Assembly (NCBI RefSeq): GCF_963921235.1
Contig: NC_086107.1
Coordinates: 100,504,001 to 100,568,000, forward strand
Source: Mobula hypostoma
Taxonomy: Eukaryota
DNA: 64,000 bases
Direction: 5' to 3'
The notes under the pieces are model-generated. The model ran no database searches and was not told where the DNA came from. It was given only the letters and a program-made list of their open reading frames with translations. This document shows, in pieces, positions 47,483 to 60,675 of the stretch. How positions within the stretch are numbered: the stretch's first letter is position 1; each line of letters begins with the position of its first letter. A program made the translations under genes and the position numbers.

Positions 47483-50400
47483 AGGCTTGATGACCTGCAG
47501 CTTATTAGGGAAAGTGAACAGGAGATAGGTAGGAGCTACAAGGGGTTAGTCACCCCGAGGCTGCAGGAATTAGGCAAGTGGGTGACGGTCAGGGAAGAGA
47601 TGGGAAGAGCTCAGATAGTAGAGAGCACCCCTGTGGATATCCCCCTCAGTAACCGTTACCTCATTTGGATGCTGTTAAGGGGGGTGACCTGACAGAGGAT
47701 GACCATGGCGATTGGGTCTCTGGCACTGAGACTGGTTCAGTGGTGCAGAAGGGAGAGAAGAAGATGAGGAATGTGGTAGTCACAGGAGATGCCATAGTGA
47801 GGGGAACAGACAGGAGGTTCTGATAGAGATACCTGCATGATTGTTGCCTCCCAGGTGCCAGGGTATGGGATGTCTTGGGGTGTAGAGTATTCTGAAGGGA
47901 GAGGGTGAACAGACAGAAGTCTTGATACACATTGGTAGCAATGACATTGGTAGAAAAAGGGAGGAGGGCCTGAAGAGAGAATTCAGGGAGTTGGGTAGGA
48001 AGCTGAAAAGCAGGACCTCCAGGGTAGTAATCTCAGGATTGCTGCCTTATGCCACGTGCTAACGAGTGTAAGAATAGCATGATCAGGCATATCAATGCGT
48101 GGCTGAGAGACTAGTATAGGAGGCAGGGCTTCAGGTTCCTGGATCATTGGGGTCTCTTCTGGGGGAGGTACGACCTGTACAAAAAGGACAGGTTACACCT
48201 GAACCCAAAGGGGTCCAATATCCTGATAGGCAGGTTTAATAGAGCTGTTCAGGAGGGCTTAAACTAATTTGGCAGGGAGAGGGAAACCAGAGTGATAGGG
48301 CTGTGGAAGGGGAAAACAGAAATAAATCAAAGATAGTGTTCAACACAGATGATAGAAAGGACAGGCAGGAGATGAGGCACAATCACAGCTAGTGGGATGA
48401 GCTACAGGCAATAGAGGCATGGTGCAGTTAAAACAGAAAGCAACAAATACTGGACTGAAAGTGCTATATCTGAATGCATGCAGCATAAGAAATAAATTGG
48501 ACAATCTTGAAATTCAGCATCAGATTGGCAAGTATGAGGTTGTGGCCATCTCTGAAACTTGGCTAAAGGATGGTTGCCATTGGGAGCTGAACATCCAAGG
48601 ATATACGGTGTATCAGAAAGATAGGTTAGTAGGCAGAGGGGGTGGTGTGGCCCTGTGTATAATAAATAATATTAAATCATTAGAAAGGGATAACATAGGA
48701 TCGGAAGGTGTAAAGTCTGTATGGGTTGAGTTAAGAAATGGCAAGGGTAAAAGGACCCTAATGGCAGTTGTATACAGGCCTCCAAACAGTAGCTGGGATG
48801 TGGATTACAAATTACAGCAGGAGATAGAAAAGGCATGTCAGAAGGGCAATGTCATGATAATCGTTGGGGATTTTAACACGAAAGTGTATTGGGAAAACCA
48901 CGCCAGTACTGGACCTCAGGAGAAGGAATTTATAGAATGTCTAAGGGATGACGTTTTAGAACAGCTTGTTGTTGAGCCCAGTAGGGGATCGGCTGTACTG
49001 GATTGGGTGTTGTGTAAAGATCTGGAGGTGATAAGAGAGCTTAAGGTTAAGGAACCCTTAGGGAACAGTGATCACAATATGATCGAGTTCACTTTGAAAA
49101 TTGAGAAGAAGAAACTAAATTCAGTGTTTCAGTGGAATAAAGGAAATTACAATGGCATGAGAGGGGATCTGGCCAAGGTTGACTGGGAAGAGACACTAGA
49201 AGGAAGGACAGCAGACCAGCAATGGCTGGAGTTTCTGCGAAAAATGAGGGAAGTGCAAGACAGATATTCCAAATAAGAAGAAATTTTTGAATGATAGGAC
49301 ACTACCATGGCTGACAAGAAAAGTCAGTGCTAAAGTAAAAGCAAAAGAGAGGGCATACAAGGAAGCCAAAGCTAGTCGGAAGATAGAGGATTGGGGAGCT
49401 TATAAAATCTTGCAGAAGGAAACTAAGAAGGTCATTAGGAAGGAAAAGATGAATTATGAAAGGAAGCTGGCGACTAATATCGAATGAGATACTAAAAGCT
49501 TTTTTAAGTATATAAAGGGTAAAAGAGAGTTGAGGGTAGATATAGGACCAATAGAAAATGATGCTGGAGATATTGTAATAAGGGGTGCAGAGATGGCAAA
49601 GGAACTGAATGCATATTTTGCATTAGTCTTCACATCTGCAGTATACCGCACATTCAAGAGTGTCAGGGAAGTGAAGTATGTGCAGTGAAAATTATGACTG
49701 AGAAGATGCTCAGGAAGCTTAATGGTCTGAGGGTGGATAAATCTCCTGGACCTGATGGAATACACCCTTGGATTCTGAAGGAAGTAGTTGGGGAGATTGT
49801 GGAGGCATTAACAATGCTCTTTCAAGAATCGACAGGTTCTGGCATTGTACTAGATGACTGAAAAATTGCAAAAGTTACTCCTCTATTTAAGAAGGGTGAG
49901 AGGAAGCAGAAAGGAAACTATAGACCTGTTAGCCTGACACTAGTGGTTGGGAAGTTGTTGGAATCGATTGTTAGGGATGAGATTACAGAGTACCTGGAGG
50001 CACATGACAAGATGGGCCAAAGCCAGCATGGTTTCCTGAAAGGAAAATCCTGCCTGACTGACCTACTGCAATTCTTTGTGGAAATTACAAGTAGGGTAGA
50101 CAAAGGAGATGCAGTAGATGTGGTGTACTTGGATTTTCAGGCCTTTGATAAGGGGCCACACATTAGGCTGCTTAGCAAGATAAGGTTCCATGGAATTACA
50201 GGGAAGTTACTAGCATGGGTGGGAATTGGCTGATCGGCAGAAAACAGAGAGTGGGAATAAAGGGATCCTATTCTGGCTGGCTGCTGGTTACCAGTGGAGT
50301 TCCACAGGGGTTGGTGTTGGGACCACTGCTTTTTTACGATGTATGTCAATGGTTTGGACTATGGGGTGAATGGATTTGTAGCTAAGTTTGCCGATGATAC

Positions 50401-52104
50401 AAAGATAGGTGGAGGAGCGGGTAATTTTGAGGAAACAGAGAGCCTGCAGAGAGACTTAGATAGTTTAGGGGAATGGGCAAAGAAGTGGCAAATGAAATAC
50501 AATGGTGAAAAGCGTATGGTCATGCACTTTGGTGGAAGAAATAAACGGGCTGTTACATACCCCGTAACTGGGTTGCCAAACCAGCAGAAATGGAATGCTC
50601 GTTGAAGTCTGGATTACTAGGAACTAATAAAGTTTTATTAAAGACATAAGTAGTACAGTACTCTAATCGTAAGAATATCAATGTAACAGGTTAGCAATGA
50701 TAATACACACATATACACAGAAATAGGGTAATAGGAATCAACCAAGCTGTATCGCAGTCTAGGGGTAAAATGATCAGTCTTAAGTGAAGCAGAATTCAAT
50801 TCAGTTTAGTGCAGTTCGCAGTAATCGCTGTTGTACCGTTGGAGAGAGCGAGAGAGAGAGAGATGCAATTTGGTTCAGGCAGACCTTTGATGTCTTCTAA
50901 TCCCCGCCGACTGTGACCCCTCCGTTCCGGATACGATCGTTCTTCCGTGGTGAACCCGGCACCCAGGCAAGGGCAGACACACACCCCAGGTTCCCACCGA
51001 TCGTACCTTTACACCCTGTGAGCCTCTGGTTGGTTCCCGCGAACCGGACCTCCAAACTCCCACCACTTGTGGGGGTACACTGCTCTTTTCAGGGTCTCGT
51101 GGTGTGTTGCATGCCTTAGCAAACCTGCTCTTTTTATCCCCCTGCTGGGGTATCACCTGTCCATCAAACTTCAAACAGTTCAGGTTTAAAGCAACCGGTC
51201 TGTCAATATTCTGAATTGTGATTCTTTTCCGTTAACCCCTCTCTTCTCTCTTATTAGCATTTTGAATGTTTCTCCATTGTCTTTCTTATCTCTCTCATTA
51301 GCATCAATGGTCCGATAGCTTTGCTTGGCGTCACAGGGCAGACTATTATTTAGGTGGGGAGAGAATCCAAAATGCAAAGATGCAAAGGGACTCGGGAGTC
51401 CTTGTGCAGGATACCCTAAAGTTTAACCTCCAGGTTGAGTCGGTGATGAAGAAGGCAAATGCAATGTTGGTATTCTTTTCTAGAGGTATAGAATATAAGA
51501 GCCGGGATGTGATGTTGAGGCTCTATAAGGCACTCATGAGACCACAGTTGGAGTATTGTGTGCAATTTTGGGCTCCTTATTTTAGAAAGGATATACTGAC
51601 ATTGGAGAGGGTTCAGAGAAGATTCATAAGAATGATTCCAGAAATGAAAGGGTTACTGTATGAGGAACGTCTGGCAGCTCTTGGGCTGTATTCCCTGGAG
51701 TTAAGGAGAATGAGGGGGAATCTCACAGAAATATTTCAAATGTTAAAAGGCCTGAACAGATTAGATATGGCAAAGTTATTTCCCATGGTAGGGGAGTCCA
51801 GGACAAGAGGGCATGACTTCAGGATTGAAGGACTTCAATTTAGAACAGAGATGCGGAGAAATTACTTTTGTCAGAGGGTAATAAATCTGTGGAATTTGTT
51901 GCTATGAGCGGCTATGGAGGCCAATAACTAGGTGCATTTAAGGCAGAGATAGATAGGTTCTTGATTAGCCAGGGCACCAAAGGGTATGGGGAGAAGGCAG
52001 GGGAGTAGGGATGACTAGAAAAATTGGATCAGCCCATGATTGAATGGTGGGGCAGACTTGATGGGCAGTATGGCCTAATTCTGCTCCTATATCTTATGGT
52101 CTTA
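47483..52104 (+). mobile_element. Near-full-length CR1 LINE (partial ORF1 esterase, ORF2 APE endonuclease + RT), disrupted, containing a solo LTR
   Basis: ORF1 relic GDAIVRGTD..CCLPGARV; APE ORF 48419-49276 (YLNACSI, SETW, GGGVA, YRPP, GDFN, SDH); RT QHGF..KSCLT, YLDF, KFADDTK, RPQLEYCVQFW; tail tcttatggtctta. Confidence 0.92.
50551..51335 (-). mobile_element. Solo LTR (785 bp) related to the Gypsy LTRs at 3038/6976
   Basis: Begins tgttacataccccgtaactgggttgccaaaccagcagaaatgg and ends cgtcaca; 4-bp TSD GGGC; the uninterrupted CR1 site 'aaacgggcagact' is visible at ~57138. Confidence 0.92.
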
Positions 52105-52434
52105 TTCTCACGTCTCCCCCGACCCTTTGAGCAGAAGATAGAAAAACCAGAAAACCTGTACAACTGGGCTCAAGTTCAGTTTCTATTCCACTTTTATAAA
52201 ACTGTTCAATAGTTCTCTGGTATGTAAAGATGGACTCTTGACCTCAGAATCTACCTCATTATGTCCTTGCACCTTATTATCTACCTGCACTGCAATTTCT
52301 TTGCAACTATAACATATTAATCTCCATTCTGTTATTGCTTTCCTTGTACTCTCTCAATGCATTGTTATAAGAATGAACTGTATGGATGATATGCAAGACA
52401 TGTTTTTCACATATTCTGTTAGATGTGACAATAA

Positions 52435-54385
52435 TGAGACCATAAGACACTGAAGCAGCTTTAGGCCACTCAGCCCATCGAGTCTGCTCTGCCATCCTAG
52501 CATGGCTGAATTATTTTCCCTCTCAATCCCATTCTCCTGCCTTCTCGCCGTAACCTTTAACGCACTGACTAACCCATAATCTATCAACCTTTGCTTTAAA
52601 AATACTCAATGACTTGGCTTCCACAGCCCTCCGTGGCAATGGATTTCACAGATTCACCACCCCCTGCTAAAGAAGTTCCTTCTCATCTCTGTTCTAAATG
52701 GACTTCCCTCTATTCTGAGGCTGTTCCCTCTGGCCCTAGACTCCCTCTTCGCCCCCCCCCCCCGCCATAAGGAACATCCTCTCCACATCCACTCCGTCCA
52801 GGCCTTTCAATATTCAGTAGGTTTCAGTGAGATGGCCCCTCACTCTTCTAAACTCCAGTGAGTACAGGATCACAGCTGTCAATGCTCCTCATATGTTAAC
52901 CCTTTAATTCCTGGAATCATTCTTGTGAACCTCCTCTGGCCATTCTCCAATATCAGCACATCTTTTCTTAGGTAAGGAGACCCAAACTGCTCAACATACC
53001 ACAAGTGTGGTCTGACCAATGCCTTATAAAGCCTCAGTACCACATTCTTGCTCTTATATGCTAGTGCTCTCAAAATGAATGGTAACATTGGATTTACCTT
53101 CCTTACCACCAACTCATCCTGCAAATTAACCTTTGGAGAATTCTGCATAAAGGCTTCCAGGTGCCTTTGCACTTTTTTTAAAATTTTCTCCCCCATTTAA
53201 AAATAGTTTACACCTTTATTCCTTCTACCAAAGTGCATAACCATACATTTCCTGACACCATATTCCATCTGCCACCTCTGTACCCATTCTTCCAATCTGT
53301 CCAAGTCCTTCTGCCGATTCCCTGCTTCCTCAACACTACCTGCCCCTCCACCTACCTTTGTAACATCTGCAAACTTGCCCACAAGCCATCAATTCCATCA
53401 TCTAAATTGTTGACATATAACTTGAAAAGAAGTGGTCCAACCCCAGTGAAGCACCACTTGTCATTAGCAGCTAACCAGAACAGGCCTTCTTTCCTCTGAC
53501 TCTTTGCCTCCTACCAGTCAGCCAATCTTCTATCCATACTAGCATCTCTCCTGTAGCACCACGGGCTCCTATCCTGTTAAGCAGCTCACGTGCAGCACCT
53601 TGTCAAAGTCCTCCTGAAAATCCAAGTAAACAACATCCACTGACTTTCCTTTGTCTATCCTGTCCGCGATTTCTTCGAAGAATTCCATAAGATTTCTCAG
53701 GCAAGATTTCCCCTTAAGGAAACCATGCCAACTTTGGCCTGCTTTATCAAATGCCTCTAAGTACCCTGAAACCCCATAATGGACTCCAACTTCTTCCCAG
53801 CCACTGGAATCAGGCTAACATGGCTATAAGTTCCTTTCTTCTGCCTGCCCGTCCCTTCTAGAAGAATGGAATGACATTTGCAAATTTCCAGTCCTCCAAA
53901 CCATTCCAGAATATCCTGACTCTTGAAAGATCGTTACTAATGTCTCCGCTAGCTCTTTAGCTACCTATTTTAGAACCCTGTGGTGCAGTTCATCAGGTTC
54001 AGATGACTTATCTACCTTCAGACCTTCAGGTTCCGAAGCACTTTCTTAATAATAGTAACTACACTCAGTTCTGTCCCCTGACACTATTGAATTTCTGGCG
54101 TAATGCTATAGTCTTCCACAGTGAAGACTGGCGCAAAATACTTAGTAAGTTCACGCACCATTTCTTTGTCCCCCCTCCATTACTACCTCTCCAGCGTCAT
54201 TTTCCAACAGTCCAATATTCACTCTCATCTCTCTTCTACCTTTTACTTATCCGAAAAAGCTTTTGGTATCCTCTTTGATATTTTTGGCTAGCTTACCTTC
54301 ATAATTTCATCTTTCCTCTCCTTATATTTTTTTAAAAGTTGCCTTCTGTTGGTTTTTAAAAGCTTCGCAATCTTCCAGTAAACCA
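52435..54385 (-). mobile_element. 5'-truncated degenerate CR1 LINE
   Basis: KFADVTKVGG..MVMHFGRRN; LYKALVRPHL..QRRFTRMIPG; tail at 52435. Confidence 0.85.
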
Positions 54386-54689
54386 ATTCACCTTGGCAGC
54401 TGAAAGTACAGCGAGCAATAATGCATTGATTAAAATTTGAGACAATTTGAGAGAGTGCAAAGATCAGGTAGTGGGTAAGAGGATTTAAGGAGGCGACAGA
54501 GAGCGGGAAGGGTGAAGTGTTGCAAATACTTTGTAAACATAGATGAATTTTTTTAGTACTGGCATATTGCCAACATTTGTAACCCAGCATAGTTGTGACA
54601 TTTGAAGCATTAGGAGATGGGAAACTGCTGTCTCCGATCTGCATGTGAGACCAGCAGATCCTGTGTAAACTGTGTTTGATTGAATGTGT

Positions 54690-55461
54690 CAATTCCTCAG
54701 GTAGAGACGGATGTGATCCACTGGGGCAGAATTTATTCCAGCATATCTGAGCAAGCTACGAGGCAGGAAGAATCACAGTGTAAACCTGAGCAACCTCTCA
54801 CATCACATTCACACACACAGCTCTCATTACAAGGTAGTTAAAGTGACCTCAGGTATTTGGGGACCTCACAGCGTTGCATTGGTAAAACAACATTTGTTTT
54901 TTTTTATTGAATTAAATTGTACGTCTGCTCATTATTACTCAACAAGCTTTGGCTTTTCAAGATTTTGCCACCCTGGTTATAAACACTCCCTGTCTGGGAG
55001 AGGAGTACCTCTCTGTGTTTGTCTCCTACTCTACCTTTACTGGTGCTCAGCAAGATTCTGTCCCTAATTGCACTAATTTACTGTCATTAAAACAAGGTTC
55101 AGAGGCTGATTAATTTTTATCACGGCCTAGTCAATTCGCCTGGCAGTCAATGTGATTGCTGTATTTGTGCCTTATATGCATGAGCAAGATTTAGAATTTT
55201 GATCTTTATAGAACAGCCAAGAAGTTATTTTTTTTCTGTGAAAGTCATTAAAGCCATGAAACGTTCTCTGACATGACTTCCTTGCCTTGTTAGGAGCCTC
55301 CCATGCCTGACAACTACCTTGTAATGAGAGCTGTGTGTGTGAATGTGATGTGAGAGGTTGCTCAGGTTTACACTGTGATTCTTCCTGCCTCGTAGCTTGC
55401 TCAGATATGCTGGAATAAATTCTGCCCCAGTGGATCACATCCGTCTCTACCTGAGGAATTG
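54690..55461. repeat. Perfect 150-bp inverted repeat (54690-54839 / 55312-55461), 472-bp spacer
   Basis: Base-by-base reverse-complement identity over 150 bp; no TSD. Confidence 0.95.
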
Positions 55462-55800
55462 TAGGTTTAAATTCCATTCGACAGATGAACACAAGCCAGG
55501 CTGATGTTCTCAGACACGATACCTTTTGTTAGGATGTGTCACTGAAACCCTGTCAGATTTATTGCCGAATGGAAGAGCTTCCAAGAGAAGCACAAGTTGT
55601 TTTCCACTTTCTTGGCCAATATTTATCTTTTAATCAGCATTTTAAAAATCTAGTCATAACAGTATTACTGTTTGTGGAACTTTGCTGTGCTTAAGTTTGT
55701 GTTTTGCAAGTTATAGTAGAACTTCAAAACGTAGTTAGCGGCAACTTGCTTTGGTATTTTATACGTAATTGAAGGTACAAATGCCAAGTCTTTCTTTCTT
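55430..55800 (+). mobile_element. Ancient Deu-domain SINE relic
   Basis: 'cttggccaatatttatc...ctgtttgtggaactttgctgtgc...caagtctttctttc' resembles SacSINE1/AmnSINE1 as recalled. Confidence 0.55.
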
Positions 55801-56907
55801 CCCCTAACTTCATCATTGTTGTAATTTGCTGATGTCCTGAAGGCCTAGCAGCTGCCAGTGTGCTCGTGGAGGCAATCGCGAATGCTGTAATTGGTGCCAC
55901 AAGCGGATTAAACATTTCTTGTGCTAATATTACAAGCCAGTGCAGCAGTTCTCCAGAAGTTCCATCACAGAGTACTGATCCAAAGGCTAATGCTTTCTTC
56001 AGAGCAGGGAAGCTCAAAGTTCAAAGTAAATTTATTATCCAAGTACATATATGTAACCACATATCACCCTGAGATTCATTTGCTTGAGCTCAATGGAATA
56101 TTTCATAAGGATAAACAATTTTCAGTCATTTTAAGGTAATTAGCAAAACAAAACAGAAGGATATAAAGATTTTTATTGTGTTATAATCTCATAGACATGT
56201 ATGTGGTGGCGAGGTTCAGGCCCAGAGTGTATCAAAGTGACAGGGCCTGGATTCTAGTGTGGGGAATGACCCAATGTTCGGACAGTTTAAACACTGGGCC
56301 AAATGGACTGAAAAGGCAGGGCGTTGGGACTGGAGGCGAGGGTCGGGCTGATTCTGCTGGTTGCTCGGTGACATTTGCTCCACTCTCTGTGGCACTGAGG
56401 CTGAGGATGTGAGCCTACTCCAGGCTTCGCGTCTATGGACTCACTTCCATTCTGAACGCTGTTACTTGCTTTTATTGTTTGCATGATTTGTGAGTTTTTT
56501 TTCTCTCCCTCTCTGCGCATTGAGTGTTTGTTGGTCCTTTTTAAATGGGTTCTTTCAGGTTTCTCGTGGCTGCCTGTAAGGAGACGAATCTCAAGGTTGT
56601 ATAACTTATACATACTTGGATAATAAATGTACTTTAAACTTTATTCATCTGAAAAGTACCTGAAGGATGAAAACTTGCAGAACTGTTGAGAAAGCAATAG
56701 TTTTCTGTTGACTAGACCCTCAGATTTGTGTGATTTTCCTAAAACTCTCAACCCCTCCAACTTGTATTCCACTTTAAAGACCCCAAAATGCCTACATCAC
56801 TGGTTGCTCATCCTAATATCTCCATCACTAATAGTGTACTTTTATATTCTCACCTCACTAGTTTGCTCTGTTTTTGCACTACTTAATTTTTTTTTATTTC
56901 TTACAAG

Positions 56908-57910
56908 CGTTGGTGTTCGGACTGCTGATTTTTACGATGTATGTCAATGATTTGGACTATGGGATTAATGGATTTGTGGCTAAATTTGTTGATGATACAA
57001 AGATAGGTGCAGGAGCGGGTAGTGTTGAGGAAACAGAGAGCCTGCAGAGAGACTTAGATAGTTCAGGGGAATGGGCAAAGAAGTGGCGGTTGAAATAAAA
57101 TGTTGGAAAGTGGGTCATGCACTTTGGTGGAAGAAATAAACGGGCAGACTATTATTTAGATGAGGAGAGAATTTAAATTGCAGAGATGCAAAGGGACTTG
57201 GGAGTCCTTGTGCAGGATACCCTAAAGGTTAACTTCCAGGCTGAGTCAGTGGTGAAGAAGCCGAATGCAATGTTGACATTCAGTTCTAGAGGTATAGAAT
57301 ATAAGAGCAAGGATGTGATGTTGGGGCTTATAAGAAACTCGTGAGGCCACTCTTGGAATATTGTGTGCAGTTTTGGCCTCCTTATTTTAGAAAGGATATA
57401 CTGACATTAGAGAGGGTTCAGAGAAGATTCACAAGAATGATTCCAGGAATGAAAGGGTTACCGTATGAAGAAGGTCTGGCAGCTCTTGGGCTGTATTCCC
57501 TGGAGTTCAGGAGAATGAGGGGTGATCTCATTGAAACATTTCAAATGTTAAAAGACCTGAACAGATTAGATATGGCAAAGTTATTTCCCATTGTAGGGGA
57601 GTCTAGGACAAGAGGGCTTGACTTCGGGATTGAAGGATGTCCATTTAGAACAGAGATGCGGAGAAATTACTTTAGCCAGAGGGTGGTAAATCCATGGAAT
57701 TTGTTGCCATGAGTGGCTGTGGAGGCCAAGTCACTGGGTATATTTAAGGCAGAGATTGATAAGTTCTCGATCAGCCGTGGCATCAAAGGGTATGGGGAGA
57801 AAGGAGGGGAGTGGGGATGATTGGAAAAATTGGATCAGCCCACGATTGAATGGTGGAGCAGATTTGATGGGCCAAATGGCCTACTTCTACTCCTATATCT
57901 TATGGTCTTA
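56908..57910 (+). mobile_element. 5'-truncated CR1 LINE, same subfamily as 47483-52104
   Basis: KFVDDTKIG; RPLLEYCVQFW...; tail tcttatggtctta. Confidence 0.9.
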
Positions 57911-58354
57911 TTGCAATTTAGAGTAGTTTTTTGATGTACTTCACTATACTGCTGCTTCAAAGTAACAAAATTTCACAACATATGTCAATGGTAATAAACT
58001 GGTTTCTGATTCATAGTCTCATGTAAAGTGCTTTGTAATATTTTACCTCACTAAAGTTTTATTTTCTTCCTGCATTGCAATCCTTCTATAAGACCACAAA
58101 CGGTATCCTTGTGGTAAACCTGGCACACTTCCATGTCATAAATGACTACGTTATCCCTTCAGCATGCTACTGTCTAATGGCTTTGACTGGTCTGAGTTGC
58201 TTAGTCTTGTCTGAAATTACAGTTTCTTGGAATAAAGATGGCAGAGACCGTTGCGAAAACGAACGTATAGCCACACTTTTCCATTGATTACACTGGAATG
58301 GAGTGCGGATGTCATGCTGGAGTTAAAAAAGCGGGGCTCTTTGGCTGCATGGTA

Positions 58355-58680
58355 CTGAAGAGGTAGCCAGCAGAACCACTGCCTCACAGCGGCAGAGACG
58401 TTGGTTCAACCCTGACCTCCGTGAATTTTGCACACTCTCCCGGTGACTGCATGAGCTTCTTCTGGAGGCTCTGGTTTCTTCCTCTCTCCCCGGGATGTGC
58501 AGGCTGCTAGGACAATTGGCCAATATAAATGGTCCCCAGTGAGTGAATGAATGGCAGAATCTGCAAGGAGTTGATGAGAACGTGTAAAAACTAAAATAAG
58601 GGATTAATGTGGGATTAGCGGGTTTAGCATGGATTCATTGGGCCAAAGGGTCTTTTTCCATATTGTGTGTCTATGTGACT
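58355..58680 (+). mobile_element. V/HE1-like tRNA SINE
   Basis: gcctcacagcggcagagac..ggttcaaccctgacctcc..ttgcacactctcccggtgactgc..ggtttcttcc. Confidence 0.6.
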
Positions 58681-58806
58681 AAGGTGAGGTGATGGAGTGC
58701 GATAAAACTATGGCTCAGTCCGCCAAGCGAAGGTGGGAAAACTGGAGGGAGAGGGGAACTTTGCGAATGAAGAACATTAACTGAACTGCCTGTTTCTTAC
58801 TCACAG

Positions 58807-58903
58807 TGATCATTCTGTGTGGAACGAACAGTGACATTCAGACATTAGTTGGTGACACTAAATTGGATGAAGATATTGTCATCATTCTGCTGAACCTGTT
58901 CAA
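58807..58903 (+). CDS. GUCY2C: GUCY2C exon 6
   Basis: cacag|(L)IILCGTNSDIQTLVGDTKLDEDIVIILLNLF(N)|gtgagt; resembles VIIMCG...EDIVIILVDLFN; 97 nt. Confidence 0.92.
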
Positions 58904-59757
58904 GTGAGTGCTTTGACTTGGATTTTTGTTTTTTTCCAGCAGTTATTCTCACTGACCAATAGATGGCAGTACTGGATTACTTTTCATATTTGCTGTTGGA
59001 CCCAGGGCAGATAGATTATGGATAAGATGTGAAATTCTCTCTACATTTGTGCTTTCCTTGAGCATGAATTCATTGAAAAACTCAAATATTTGTGTGATGC
59101 CAAAATAACATACACATTATACAGACAATGGCTCACAAATAAAAAACACTGGAAAAAGCTCAGGTCAGACAGAGATTACAAAGTCATCAGAATTAACATT
59201 CAGATCTTCAGAATGAAGGACACTTGATTTGAAACCTTAACTCTACTTCTCTTTTCTTTGATACTGTTTGATTTGCCGAGAACTTCTAGTATTTTCTGCT
59301 TTATCACTTATTTCCAGTTTCTGCAGTTTTTATTCGATATTCCATCAAAATTAGGCCTTCCAACTCCACAATCACAAATTGCTACTCTATACCGTCTCTT
59401 ATAGTCCCTTACACAGGAGTAATCTGTAAGTGCAAGTTTCTAATGCTGTTTTTTTAATAGATGCAGAAACTTGGTTTGCCCAATTAAAAACTAAGTGATA
59501 TAAGGCTACACAGAAACTGATCTGACATTGAGCCAGAATGAATCAAACCTCCCCGTGGGACATAATCTCACTCAAATTCACTTGCTAATTTCATATGACT
59601 CTCACTGCACAAGCTGTCCCTCTCCTGACACTGCCATCTCACCAATACAATATCCTTTGGTTGGGGATAAAAATTATCCAATTTCTCCCTTGAATGTTCT
59701 CATCAATTTAACTTTCACAGGCCTCTTGGGATTCCACAAGGTTTGTATGATGTAGAT

Positions 59758-59838
59758 CAGGGGTTCCCACCCTTTTTTATGCCATGGACCCTCTACCATT
59801 AACTGAGGTGTCTGTGGACCCCAGGTTGGGAACTCCTG
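59758..59838. mobile_element. hAT MITE, copy 4
   Basis: CAGGGGTTCCCA...TGGGAACTCCTG. Confidence 0.75.
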
Positions 59839-60527
59839 CAGTAGGTGAAGCAATTTCTACTTATCTCAGTCCTAAATGGCTAGGCCATCACAACCTTCTA
59901 TAAATCCACCTTCACAGTGTGTTGCTTCAGGAAGGCTAATAGTATCATCGATGATACTGTCACCTTGGTACCTTTTCTCTCTTCTACCCTCTAGAAGATA
60001 CAAGAGCTTGAATGCTTGGTTGACTGGACTTCTGAACCACACATCTCTTGTTACCTTATTAGAGTTAGCCTGGCCTCTACCTTTTGATCTGTTTGGCATG
60101 GGTGACCCTACCAAGAGCCAAAGCTCTCTGGGTCATTGAGGTACACAAGCCTCCAAACCATGATAAGGTTATGGTTCTCTTTATGTTAAATCCGTGAGTG
60201 TGATGTGCACACTAGACCATTGCAATGGTACCAATGAAGAAGTGGCATCTTTACCGTCTTTGTTTTTTTTTAACTACAAATTGTGACAATGACTCACTCA
60301 TTGTTTAGATGAACTTGATTTCAATTAGCACTTTCTTTAACAATCAGTCAATTGTCCAATTGTCAAATGAGAGATACGAGTCTTCAACGTTGTGCCATCC
60401 TCCCAAGACATCTGTATGTTAATTCACTATCAAAAACATGATGGCATTGGGTCAGTGATCGGGAGGATGGGTGGTGAGATGTTAATAATGTCTTTCTCAC
60501 TATTCTTCCCACTCATCTTTCTGATAG

Positions 60528-60624
60528 CCACAGCTATTCACTCAATGGTGACTCAATGGACTACATGAAGCAAGTACTGGTGGTCACCCTGCTTCCTTCA
60601 CAAGGGATCAATGACAGCCAGAGG
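60528..60624 (+). CDS. GUCY2C: GUCY2C exon 7
   Basis: gatag|HSYSLNGDSMDYMKQVLVVTLLPSQGINDSQR|gtaaga; resembles DYMKNVLVLTL; 97 nt, phase 2 to phase 0. Confidence 0.88.
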
Positions 60625-60625
60625 G

Positions 60626-60675
60626 TAAGACCATAAGATACAGGAGCAGAATTAGGCCCTTTTGGCTCATTGAGT
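60626..60675 (-). mobile_element. 50-bp CR1 3'-terminal fragment at the exon 7 donor
   Basis: taagaccataagatacaggagcagaattaggcc matches, with one mismatch, the reverse complement of the CR1 3' end at ~52072-52104; also matches ~46340. Confidence 0.85.

Noticed and set aside
54690..55461. Tc1/mariner or Mutator element defined by 150-bp TIRs
   Set aside because: No TA or 9-bp TSD, no transposase relic, and one arm is continuous with an older SINE relic.
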